The translations under genes were made by a program, and so were the position numbers. Positions 23,746 through 36,800 of a stretch of DNA of 64,000 nt are shown here, piece after piece. Each line of letters starts with the position of its first letter. Position 1 is the stretch's first letter. Source of the stretch: Octopus sinensis (lineage: Eukaryota); NCBI RefSeq assembly GCF_006345805.1, contig NC_042998.1:171368001-171432000 (forward strand), given 5' to 3'. Under the pieces are notes generated by a model, which saw nothing but the letters and a program-made list of their open reading frames with translations, did not search any database and was not told the DNA's origin.

Positions 23746-24432
23746 TGTGTGGCATTTTTATACCTTCTTATATCATTTAAGATTTATCCACAATGATGGA
23801 AATCTTTATATAATTATATTTTTCCTAGGTTCCTTTAAATAAGTTTATCCATTATAGAAGTGCTTATCTTTTTTTTTAGCACTAGAAAATGTGTACGCCT
23901 TCTCGGATGAAATCTGAATTTAATTATGAGTTCGTTGTTGAATAGTTTTATTATTATCATCACTTTAACAGTATATTAGGATGAATCATTATGAGGTTTC
24001 CATTTTATATAAAAGTACCCCATTTTTAGGGCTTAGATTGTTTTATCTATCCTTCTCTTATTTGGCCCTTAAATCATTTTCTAAATTATATTATTTAATA
24101 TACAAAATATAATATATAAATTTTGCTAAATTTGGATATACATTTTCCACCCTGTACCCTTAATACCCACTTAGGTCTCATTGTGACTTTCCTTTTCTAT
24201 TTTAGGCTCCTTTTAATTGATAATCATAATATAATTTAAGTCACCTTTGCCCTTCTTCTTTCTGGTTATCACCGATATACCATTATCTTGCTAGCATCTT
24301 CTGAGGTGTGTTCTTTTACATAGACATGGCGAATTTATAGTCACATTAAAATAAGGGAAGGGAAGAGTATCTGACATTAATTAATTTATCACCAACAGTA
24401 AGAATTAACTGTCAATTCCCAACAGTTTTTAA

Positions 24433-24849
24433 GGATCTTTTCGGTTTGAACGGCAGTTTTTTCTAGCGGTGTCATATAAAATTGTCACCCATAATTATGA
24501 CCCTAGAATCGATCTATTGCATTTCAATCTCTTTTAGGTTTAGGGTTAGGGGTGGGGGAAGGGTATCTTTTTCTTCAGAAATGTAAATAAACCCAATCTG
24601 TTTCTTAAACGAGGGACATATTCATACGGCACAGAATGTTTTTTTTACCTCAATAGACGTCATTGATTGATTGAAATTGCAGAAATTGAAGAAAAAAACA
24701 ACAAATATCTTACAATCCATAGAATTTTCTCAATAAAGCCAAGAGAAAAAGATGTTTTATAAACACATTCTACCAGTATACGAAGTTTAAAAGTGTTTAG
24801 TTACGTTGAAATTATTAAAAAAAAACTGCCGTTCAAACCGAAAAGATCC
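24433..24849 (+). mobile_element. MITE, Merlin-like (GG termini, 8-bp TSD), copy 1
   Basis: TIRs GGATCTTTTCGGTTTGAACGGCAGTTT; TSD GTTTTTAA on both sides. Confidence 0.85.
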
Positions 24850-25015
24850 GTTTTTAATTCTAAGGGTCTGTAGAATACTTGCTGCATTAGATCTTTTGAT
24901 TGTGATAAGGATAAAGATGAATGCAGCTATATCACCACTACTCTTTCTTGACCCTATCGTTATTTTCTTCTGCCACTCTACATTATAGCAGTCTTTAAGT
25001 ATTTTCTTCCTAAGT

Positions 25016-25400
25016 GAGGCGCAATGACCCAGTGGTTAGGGCAGCGGACTCGCGGTCGTAGGATCGCGGTTTCGATTCCCAGACTGGGCGTTGTGAGTGT
25101 TTATTGAGCGAAAACACCTAAAGCTCCACGAGTCTCCGGCAGGGATGGTGGTGATCCCTGCTGTACTCTTTCACCACAACTTTCTCTCACTCTTACTTCC
25201 TGTTTCTGTTGTACCTGTATTTCAAAGGGCCGGCCTTGTCACTCTCTGTGTCACGCTGAATATCCCCGAGAACTACGTTAAGGGTACACGTGTCTGTGGA
25301 GTGCTCAGCCACTTACACGTTAATTTCACGTGCAGGCTGTTCCGTTGATCGGATCAACCGGAACCCTCGTCGTCGTAACCGACGGAGTGCTTCCATCCAT
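25016..25400 (+). mobile_element. tRNA-derived SINE family S4 (OR-like)
   Basis: A box CAGTGGTTAGGG, B box GGTTTCGATTCCC; body shared with 57404-57540. Confidence 0.8.
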
Positions 25401-27314
25401 CTCCCTAAGTTCAGTCATAAAATTCTACTCCCCATATATTTATAGACTTGTACTTCAATAAGAAATTATTATTTACTTTAGTAATATTAAAATCGCATAG
25501 GGTTCGATAATACTCTTCATCACTTCGAAGGCCGTACATTCAATACCAATCTCATCTCCATTATAACATACAAGATTTAATCGACTACTCACCTCTCATA
25601 TAATACTGTCCTTGTGGGCAGTTTCGATAAAAGCATTAAGTATTACTTTACAAGAAGTGTGATGATACATTTGTAAAAGTGTTTCTAAACCGGTTTTTAA
25701 GCGGCAGTTTAGATTTCTTGATGAAAATGATTTTATCTACGCTTGTAATTCGCTTGTAAAATGCACGAAAGCTATAAGGTAGTGTATTTTCCTACACCAA
25801 CATAAAAAAAAGCACTTTATTTCTGCTCAAGAAATTGCTATCATTAAATCTATTTCAGAATTCAAAATTCCTGCCAACTTTTTAAACAGCTATAATTATG
25901 TTTTTCAGAGACAAGAACAAATGTTTGAGAATGATCCATTTGGAAATAATTCAAAATATTTATTGCATTGGACGCTTATTGGGTATGATAGCCATTGAAA
26001 TTCACTTTCGTAATATAACTACATATTAAATATGTTGTTTTTTGTACAAGATATTACACCATTTTCCTCAGATTGTATGAAGAAAATTGAATAATCGATA
26101 AACACTATAGCTTATATTCCCAAATTAAAAAGTTTATCGTGCCAACATTTATATTTTACTCCTTTACAAAGAGAAAACAAACGTCAGTAACAAGCCAGGT
26201 TTAAACAAACCAATTATTTATATTTTTTTTCCTTTCAGGTGAACAAGGATAGGGTTCCAGTTTAGTGAGTTGAAAGGGTAGCAGTTTGCATCTTGTCGCC
26301 GAGGTTATCTTACATCTATGACCACAACACGAGGCTCTCGATGACCTTGTGCTCTTTGTAGTGAATATTCATAATATCTTAGAAACAGTTCAGCACTGTC
26401 AGAACAGCATAACTAACAGGTGTTTTATTAACCTGCAGTGTGGGGTTCAATTCTTTGCATCGTCCTGGAGACAGTAACTGTAACTTAGTTCGCATCTTCC
26501 ACTGCGTTACTTCCTGAAAAGTTTATTTTCATTTTTTAAAATATTTTTTTGCAAAATTGTGTTTTGCGTCAGAGGTTTGGGAGTAATATTTTAAATCTTC
26601 TCCATATTAATCATTTTATGCTTGCAAGAAAATCCTTGTTATTTTTCCTTAAAGCCGAAAAAGCTTTTGGAAAAGCATTTGGATTTTTAAAAAAATCACT
26701 TCTGAGATTTGTCAGTATTTTTTCTTGTTTAGTAATATGAGATACATATAAGCTATTGATATTTCACATTAAGGTGGCAATATTTTAATGTTTTTGAAGT
26801 GTGCGGTTCCAACGCCTTATAATAACGATATGTTGTATGGGTTATCTGTACAGGTGTGCCAGTAACACGAGTATTTACGCGATGGTATTTTGCAGCACCA
26901 GTATTTTATGATACTGTCATGTCTGTGATATAAGTTTGTAGCTGTGTAATGCTAAAGCATGTTATGACACCGAGAGGCTTGCGACAGTGTTCGATGATAT
27001 TGATCAATAATCTAAATAGAGTATATTATGACGTCGGTGTGTTATTTCATTTGATGGCTTACATTTCAGCACTTCCTACTATGCTATATGTCTCATCAAT
27101 TTAAAAAAGGAAATACTGTCCGCTACTATAAATTTTTAATGATATATAATATTCATATTCATATGATTTTTTATATAGACTATATCTTTGGTTTAAATGA
27201 ATTATATATAACGAATTTTATAATTATCAATTCAGCTGTATCATTTATTGATCAGGTATCCGAGCAATAGTGTATAAACTTGTATATGTGTGTGTATATA
27301 TATATATATAATAT

Positions 27315-27388
<74 letters not shown>

Positions 27389-27707
27389 CTAATCTATGTA
27401 TGTATGTATGTATGTATGTATGTATGTATGTATATGTGTATATTTATATAAATATCATATGCTAATTGAATCTAATATATTATCAAATGAAAGCAGCCAT
27501 CCAGTCATTTTAAATATAAATTAAGAATTTTTAATTAAATTTACGGTTAGTTTAACTAGGACTGAACTCATGCTTACATTTTAAATAAAGTAGAAACTTT
27601 TTATAATTTACTTTGCGTTTTAATAAAGCGTATAAATTTTAATAAAGCATATAAATAATACAATTTATAAGATAATAAAGATCTAAGAACTATATGAGAC
27701 TATATTA

Positions 27708-28082
27708 TTTTCTATTCTAGGCACAAGGCCCAAAATGTTTGGAGAAGGGGCCAGTCGACCTCGGCGGAACTCAGTACGTAAAGACAGACGAAATACCTAT
27801 TTCTTTACTACCCACAAGGAGCTAAACACAGAGAGGACAAACAAGGACAGACAAACGGATTAAGTCGATTACATCGACCTCAGTGCGTAACTGGTACTTA
27901 ATCTATCGACCTCGAAAAGATGAAAGGCAAAGTCGACCTCAGCGGAATTTGAACTCAGAACGTAACGGCAGACGAAATACCTATTTCTTTACTACCCACA
28001 CGGGGCTAAACACAGAGAGGACAAACAAGGACAGACAAACTGATTGAGTCGATTATATCGACCCCAGTACGTAACTAGTACT
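27708..28082 (-). mobile_element. Second SINE S1 multimer, 5'-truncated
   Basis: Same 184-bp unit and same GACGAAATA|CCTATTTC junction (27796, 27980) as the 20328 trimer. Confidence 0.88.
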
Positions 28083-29529
28083 TCTGTTGGTGTGACGTAG
28101 TCTCGAAACCATTACATCAAAACATCAATGAAGATACACGGTTCAATTTCCCTTCCTTTCTATATGCATGCTGTATAACTGCACACTTTGTTTGAAATGT
28201 AAACATTTACATAATTTTCAATGAATAAAAAGCTAGCGCTTAGTCTACACAGGTGAGTGTAGTGGCGGAGGAAGGATTGTGGACGCCCCTGGCGAAAACA
28301 TACTTTTGGAAATACCCAATTTAATTAACATGCATGAAAAGCTAGAAAAAATTTTGCGTCCATTCATATACTTATGCTCGGAGTGACTGCTCTCTCATTC
28401 CCTCTTGTGGCAATTCTGGTTGAGAGCACAACATATAACTACGATATCAAAACATTACTTTTCAAATATTTTGAAATCATGAGCAAATTCTGGGTTATTC
28501 AGTGACATGCAATGTTGAAATTCCAAAGGGAATATTCGAGGCTATAGAAGAAGACACTTGCCGAATGTGCCACTCAGTAAAACTGAACCCGACACTATGT
28601 GAATAGGAAGCAAGTTTTTTACCACACAGCCACAATACACATATATATTATATGTACGCACGCACGCACGCACACACACACACACACACATACACACATA
28701 TATGCATACACATATAATTTATTTAAATTACGTACGTAATGATAAAAAAATATTAACTTTAATGATAAATTCTTGTTAAGATTGACAAGGAAGACAAATC
28801 CCAAATCCAAACCAATTAAAAATTGGATAGTTGCATATAGAGGGGAGTGAGTCCGGATCGTTAGTAAATACAATGAGGTCTGTGGATGTGTTTCAGTCTA
28901 ATTAGATTTCTTCCGCAAATCTAAACCCTACTCTCAATAATATTCTTGAAAATAGAAGCACATATTTGTTTTTAAATCTCCACATGTTAGAACAGTCTAT
29001 CCACAATAAAGATGGGTAACTTATGATACTGAGGTCTCTTATGATATTAAGATCTGAGAGCAGCTGACGATAGCAATTTAATATCACCACAATCACAAAA
29101 AGAAAAACTTAAGACAAAACAAAAAAAGTTAGTCATAATGGACTGGAAACTAAATTAAAAAAAATACTATATTCTGTCATTGTCGAAAACAATAAATTAT
29201 TCTATTTCATAGTAATGTCACGCAACCTTGTATTTAGGTAAATATAAAAATAAACTTTATGCTCACTGTTTTGCTGTAAAACGGAAAGACACATCACATC
29301 ATTAAACTCATCAGTGGATGAGATGGCATTATCTTTTCTTAGTGCTCTTACCTATCATTTGGGAAAATCACGAATCAAAATACACTCAAGACTTTCATTA
29401 TATATATGTGTGTGTGTGTGAGTATGTAATGTAACTCGGGTTAAAATCTAAGCAGTGTCTCTTGAAGAACATCTGCTTATTTCATCACTGCAACAAATCC
29501 GTATCTCTGTACGTATGTGTGTGTGTGTT

Positions 29530-29571
<42 letters not shown>

Positions 29572-29572
29572 A

Positions 29573-29649
<77 letters not shown>

Positions 29650-29726
29650 TATATTTGCATATATGAGTGTATGCATGTGTATTTGTATATAATGTGCCTA
29701 CATGAATATCTGTCTATTCATGAATA

Positions 29727-30660
29727 TTGGGTTGATAACTATGTTCCCGCTGTTTTCTTAAATTTTGGAATTTATTGCGTTTTTAAATTTTGGAATCTAT
29801 CTTTTTCGAGAATTCTATTTTTGAATAAATTTTCTAGTTAATTTTAGTTAATTTTTGTTTATTTTCAAATCATTAAAATGGAATGTCAAGTTAAGAAAAA
29901 CGAGCATTTTCGACACCTCCTTCTTTTTGCTTCTCATCAAGGTTCTAAGGAAGCAAAAGCTGCTCGCTTTTGTGCTGTGTATGGAGAGGGTACTATAGCT
30001 GAAGGAACCGCACGTGATTTGTATGCCAAGTTAAAAAATGAAAATTTTGACCTCAAAGCGCACCTCATTCTGGCCGTCCTGTGGAGTTCGATGAAGCACG
30101 ACTAAACCAACTTTTGCACAAAAATTCTCGTCAAATGACAAAGGAACTGGCAGAGAAAATGGACTGCTCCCATATTGCTATAGAGAAGCATTTTCACTCG
30201 ATGGGAAATGTTCAGAAGTATGGAGCATGGATTCCGCATGCTTTAAGTGACAACAAAAATCAACGTGCCACAATATCCGCTGGTTTGCTTGCTTGTCACC
30301 GCTCAATCATGGACACAAGCAACGATTTCTTTACCGAATCGTTACTGGCGACTAAAAATGGTGCCTGTATATCAATATGAAGCAACGTATGGAATGGCTT
30401 AGCCCCGGTAAACAAGCGACACCACACATGAAACAAGATCTTCATCACGTAAAACGATGTTATACGTATGGTGGGACTGGGAAGGGATTATCCATTACGA
30501 ATTGCTTGAACGGAACCAAACGGTCAACGCGGTTCAGCAGATGGAACGACTCAACACGGCTATTCAAGAGAAAATACCTAATCGGAAGCATGGAGTTCTT
30601 CTGCTGCACGACAACGCTCGCCCTCATATCGCTAATTCCCGCTGTTTTTTTAAATTTAAA
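29727..30660 (+). mobile_element. 3'-truncated decayed mariner element
   Basis: Left TIR TTGGGTTGATAACTATGTTCCCGCTG after TA; WIPHAL, IVTGD, VWWDWEG, LLHDNARPH motifs across frames. Confidence 0.9.
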
Positions 30661-30943
30661 ATATTTCCTCAATTTAACCTTCTCACACTGTCCTTGATGA
30701 AGGGCTATCCATATTATCCCAGAAATCGCTGTAAGACTATTTCTTTATAAATGTTCTGAAAACTACTCACAGCCTTGGCTTTGTTATTTCATTTTCTCCA
30801 ATATATATATATGCATGCTAATACAAGACCCACATTAGACTCTTTACTCGTATCACTACAGAACCAAGAGTTTAACTACAGCCTGTCCATTGGACTTACT
30901 TAGCGTTACCTGACACTCTTTGGGTCTTCTACATACCAATACC

Positions 30944-30974
<31 letters not shown>

Positions 30975-31459
30975 TTTATGAATGTATAGTAAGAAAAATG
31001 GAGAGGAAGAATTTCGATTATCCCTACGTGATGAGTTGTAATACAAAAAATATATTTAAAATAAAATAAGGAAAATGCCCACAGTTTACATAGTTTTAAT
31101 ATATTTTATAAGTGAAAGAGTATTGTGTTTGTCGATCAGTTTTGCTTTTATTAATCCTGACATTGAAATTATTGTAATTTTGTATTTTCTTAAGAAGATT
31201 TTAGTCCAGCTGTGGAAAAGTTTGTGAATGAATGAAAAAACAGTAGATAAATCTAAGGTGGGTTAACTGGTGAGCGTTATTATTGGGAACAGGGGACGTA
31301 GTTGCTCATCTTTCGAGGAGGGTATAAATAAATATATGAGCAATAGCTCACAAGCTAAGGTAGTGAGATGACATGTGTACAGTAATAGGTAAGTGTCCAT
31401 GAAATAAAATATATACCAAATATATAACCAAAGTTGGTTATGTGTTCATATTTAGGCTT

Positions 31460-31733
31460 GTTCTGTATTTTTAGAAAACTAAATTTTCTTTATTTTAACG
31501 TTCTTATACAGAAATTGTTTTCTTTTCACGTGTAAATGGGGAAAACTGAAGTTTGGCTGGATATTACCTGAACATTTCTCTATGTGTTCACTCAAAGGTA
31601 TCTATCTGCACTGCGGAAACCGGATCTGTTCCTTATGTAGTGTAGTTCTCCGTCTCAGAGTCATATTTGTCTGTCCTATATAGTCTTGTCCACAAGTTAT
31701 AATACAAATCAGATTCTCGGAAGCACAAGTGAA
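31460..31733 (-). mobile_element. Penelope-like element GIY-YIG endonuclease remnant
   Basis: FTCASENLICIITCGQDYIGQTNMTLRRRTTLHKEQIR..IPLSEHIEKC matches PLE endonuclease NLIY..C..C...YIGQT...LR.R...H; abuts (TA)n. Confidence 0.8.
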
Positions 31734-31777
<44 letters not shown>

Positions 31778-32119
31778 CGTGTGTATATAAATATATATAT
31801 ATGTATGTAGGCATGTCTGTGTGTGCATATGCACAATTGTGTATATGTGTACACTTATTGTTTCATTTTCTCTCTCTCTCTCTCTCTTTCTCTCTTTATT
31901 GCTAGATATGTTTTTCTCCTCCCTGTCTATCTAAAGTACTCCTGATTACTAACAGTATATAAACGCTTCGTCCGAGTGTAAATTTTGTATTGTTTAATCC
32001 TTTGACTGAAGAATTTCTATTGAGAGATATTTTACATATTTTCTACTATATGTACCATTTTAGTATTCCTGTTAATAAATGGGACATGTGTAATGATGAA
32101 CAAATAATTCCCAAAAATT

Positions 32120-32573
<454 letters not shown>

Positions 32574-32575
<2 letters not shown>

Positions 32576-32623
32576 ATGAAGGGATATTATTATTAATTAA
32601 TATTCTAGAAACAGCTTTAAGAC
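32574..32623 (+). ncRNA. 5'-truncated, decayed hammerhead-like motif (E)
   Basis: ..GAUGA-A-GGGAUAUUA(8 nt)UAAUAUUCU-A-GAAAC-AGCU-UUA; 5' core and stem I replaced by microsatellite. Confidence 0.35.
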
Positions 32624-32722
32624 CTATCGATAAATGTTCTAATATCTATACACCCTTGTTTTTTTTATCTCATTACGTAAAATAATTCATATATATATAC
32701 ATATACATATACATATATACAT

Positions 32723-32789
<67 letters not shown>

Positions 32790-34526
32790 AATGCATACTG
32801 AATTATGAACAAGGTAAAAGTGTTCATCTTATTCTATTTTCTTTCTATTCTCTCCTTTCTTCCTCATATTCTCTACTCCAAGAATGCTGACTCGGTACCT
32901 TAGGAACCTGCCTACTCATTCATTGATAATTCGTTTCCTTCGAATTTATTTCTATTCGAATTGTAGACTTCCTTCTTTGCTTGGTTCCATAACTTAATTA
33001 ACATACTTGATTTATAAATCATTGATTATAGAATTTTTTTTTCAAAATTCAGGAAGCAGAGTAAATAATATTAGTTAATGCTATTTTGTTTTTGAAATTT
33101 TGTATATATTTTTCTTCCACATTCATTACAAATAAAATTTAATTTTGTTTCTTTTATGCCTGTTCAACTATATAATATAGGAATACAACTATGCAATAGC
33201 AGCTGGAATCCAATAATCAAACTTGAAAGAATGTATTGAAAACAGTTTGTCAATTTTGCTTGTAGTTAAAAGTAAAATATTGGCTCCTCGTGGTACCTAT
33301 GGAAATTCGACAAAGCGACAAAGATTAAGAGAAGCTATTTAAGAAAGAAAGGATGATTTTTATTTTTATTTTGCTAAGTTATTTCACTTCCAGTCACAAT
33401 GATATATTTTATGATTTTAAAATTACCTTCTACTAATCACTTTATATTTCTCTCCGTCTCTCTACCTCTTCAACAAAATTTTTAACCATTTAATTCCTCT
33501 CTCCATGTCTGTAACATTTCTCTCTTTTTCCTCACCTTTCCTTCCCCACCTACATCACGTCATTAACATTTCTCTCTCCTACTTTTCTCTCACCGTCTTT
33601 TTCTCTCGCTCTTTGCCTCTCCCTTCAACTAATCACGTGATGTATTTGGCCTTATTGTATTATTATACTCCTCTCTTCTTTCTTCTCTTCTCACATTTCC
33701 CCCCCACTCTCTCTCACTATTACTCCACCTATCTAACTAACTAAAGTTTAACGAGTGAACGAACAAGCAGATTATTATATATATTATAAGAAACCTTCAC
33801 AAGGCAGAGCTCCCTGGAAACAGTTATCCTGCATGCAGATATTAAGAACTCTCTCTTTTCTCTCTACAACTAAACAATTAACGCTCTATTCAGAAAAAGA
33901 AAAGCTGAAAAGAAAATCGCGCATTCCATGAATTTCTTCCAGGTTATAATTATTTTCCTAAATGTCTCGCCTCATAAAATGTGTAATTAATATACCTTGG
34001 GTTATACCATACTGACGATTTCTAAAATGAGTGTAATAGTGGTATAGATGATTACCACCGCTTAGATATTTTAAGAAGTTCGTAATCAGTAAACCGAAAA
34101 ATTCAATATGTGTATTCTATAAATTTTTCCTTATTCCTTAATTTCATGCTAAAATTTCTAAGCCCGCCAAACATTATGAAAATTTTTTTTATCTCCCTTG
34201 CTATAACTGTCTGTTAGAGGAGAACACGAATTTGCGACCTATTCCCCCAATATTAATTTCTTCGTTCCTTATGTTTCTTCATTGTATGCAAGTACTTTTT
34301 TTCTTTCTCCCTGTGCCTATTTATAGATATAATGCTTTAGCTGAAGTTCACCTTTCTCTATCTTACCATGACTCCTTTACTCCTGATAATCTCTTCCACC
34401 ATCAAATATGATACAACATTTGTTTAGTTTTTTTTTTACTTTTCGTTTATAAAATCCACTTTTTCAAATAGATCACCAGTTTTACGTAAACAAAGCAACA
34501 CCAGTTGTGAAGTGGCGTAGGGGGAT

Positions 34527-35297
34527 ACACGCACGCACGCACACGCACGCACGCACGCACACGCACGCACGCACGCACACGCACGCACACGCACGCACAC
34601 GCACGCACGCACGCACACGCACGCACGCACGCACACGCACGCACGCACGCACACGCACGCACGCACGCACACGCACGCACGCACGCACACGCACGCACGC
34701 ACGCACACGCACGCACGCACGCACACGCACGCACACGCACGCACGCACGCACACGCACGCACGCACGCACACGCACGCACGCACGCACACGCACGCACGC
34801 ACGCACACGCACGCACGCACGCACACGCACGCACGCACACGCACGCACGCACGCACACGCACGCACGCACGCACACGCACGCACGCACGCACACGCACGC
34901 ACGCACGCACCGCACGCACGCACGCACACGCACGCACGCACGCACACGCACGCACGCACGCACACGCACGCACGCACGCACACGCACGCACGCACGCACA
35001 CGCACGCACACGCACGCACGCACGCACACGCACGCACGCACGCACACGCACGCACGCACGCACACGCACGCACGCACGCACACGCACGCACGCACGCACA
35101 CGCACGCACGCACACGCACGCACGCACGCACACGCACGCACGCACGCACACGCACGCACGCACGCACACGCACGCACGCACGCACACGCACGCACGCACG
35201 CACACGCACGCACGCACGCACACGCACGCACGCACGCACACGCACGCACGCACACGCACGTACGCACACGCACGCACGCACACGCACGCACGCACAC
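34527..35297. repeat. About 770-bp (GCAC)/(AC) higher-order microsatellite
   Basis: Mostly 14-nt (GCAC)3AC and 10-nt (GCAC)2AC units. Confidence 0.95.
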
Positions 35298-35859
35298 TGA
35301 ACCAAAAAACCACGTAGTTGCAAAGCGGGCTTCTTGACCAGACAGTCAAGCTACTGCGGTCATTCATGCATTAAAGCAGAGTATTTGAGAAAAAAAAAAA
35401 AATGAAAAAACTGAAATCTAATCCGTAGTCTTCATTTATTAATTTATCTCTATCTAATGCATTTGCCTCTATTTACTTTTGCCAAGTCAAAAATTATTAT
35501 GTCCCAAAATAGAAATAAAAATCATACTAACGGGTGCAATTTGTCAGATGTATTCTCTTCTAAATGCTATAGACTTTTACTTAATGAAAATAAATAAATA
35601 TCAGTATATAATAGTGAAGTTACTGGAAATTGTTAAGACAGTAGACAAAAAAAGTTTTACTGTAAATGGTTTGGTGCGTCATTGTTACTTTAGAGTCATC
35701 GTTGAAGCCAATTACTTTCAATTAAGAGTGTAAACTCTTTGAAAAGATTTGAGCACTACACTTTTATAAAGCTAGATTTAAAATATGCTAGCAAGTTAAA
35801 AATTACGATGTGGTAAGAAAAAAATTATACATAGATTATTTGGCATATTTGATGAATAG

Positions 35860-36800
35860 AATTTCTGAAAATCTGCAGCAGGAGTTGGACTCAGTTTACA
35901 GATGGGCTGAGGATAATAATATGCAGTTTAATGCTGAAAAATTTCAAGCCATGCGCTACCAGCATCCAAAACTGAATATGAAACTTACATGGTACACCGG
36001 TCCACGGAATTTCAATCCCAGAGTCTAAGTCAGTGAGGGACCTGGGTATCGACATGAGTGATGATACCTCTTTCCAAGTGCACATTACCAGGATGGCGAA
36101 AAGGTGCAGACGACTGGCTGGATGGATCCGAAGAACATTCAGAACCAGAGATAAGGAAACCATGATGATCTTCTGGCGGACATTCGTCCTCGGCCGCCTG
36201 GATTACTGCTCACAGCTATGGTCACCCACCAGTGTGAAAATAACAGCGGACCTTGAAGCAACCCAGAGAAAATTTACAAAGAAGATCGTCTCTTTGCAAC
36301 AGCTCAGCTACTGGGAAAGGTTGAAACTGCTAAGACTCTACTCCCTGGAGAGAAGACGGGAGAGGTATGCAGTAATATATATCTGGAATATCCTGAAAGG
36401 AATTGTGCAAAATTTTCGCATTGAAAGCTTCACGAATGCCAGAACGGGACGACACTGCATAGTGCCAAAGATCCCAGCAACGCCATCACGCTTCAGGACC
36501 AGTTACTGCAACAGCCTGGGTTTCAAGAGCCCACAGCTTTTTAATATTCTCCTAAAGAGAGTGAGGAACTTGCACAAAGTAGATGTAGGGTTTTTTTAAT
36601 CAAAGCTGGACCTCTTCCTGTCGAGAGTCCCAGATGAACCTACCTCACGACAAGAGGTGCAAATGAGGGTAGCTATATCAAACTCCATTCTTCACCAAGT
36701 GCCACATATTAGAGGAGGCTCTTAGTAATAACAGTGTAGCAAAACGGCGGTGCATCAGCATGGCCGCAGCTCTGAGTTGAAACTAGAGAGTAAAAAAAAT
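35860..36800 (+). mobile_element. 5'-truncated CR1-group LINE: RT C-terminus and 3' UTR
   Basis: LQQELDSVYRWAEDNNMQFNAEKFQ, RDLGIDMS, LDYCSQLWSP, YWERLKLLRLYSLERRRERY; 3' stem-loop GGCGGTGC..CAGCATGGCCGC and A-rich end. Confidence 0.9.

Noticed and set aside
24530-24560. TTAGGG repeats as a real telomere or fusion scar
   Set aside because: They are short and lie inside a dispersed TIR-bounded MITE in all three copies
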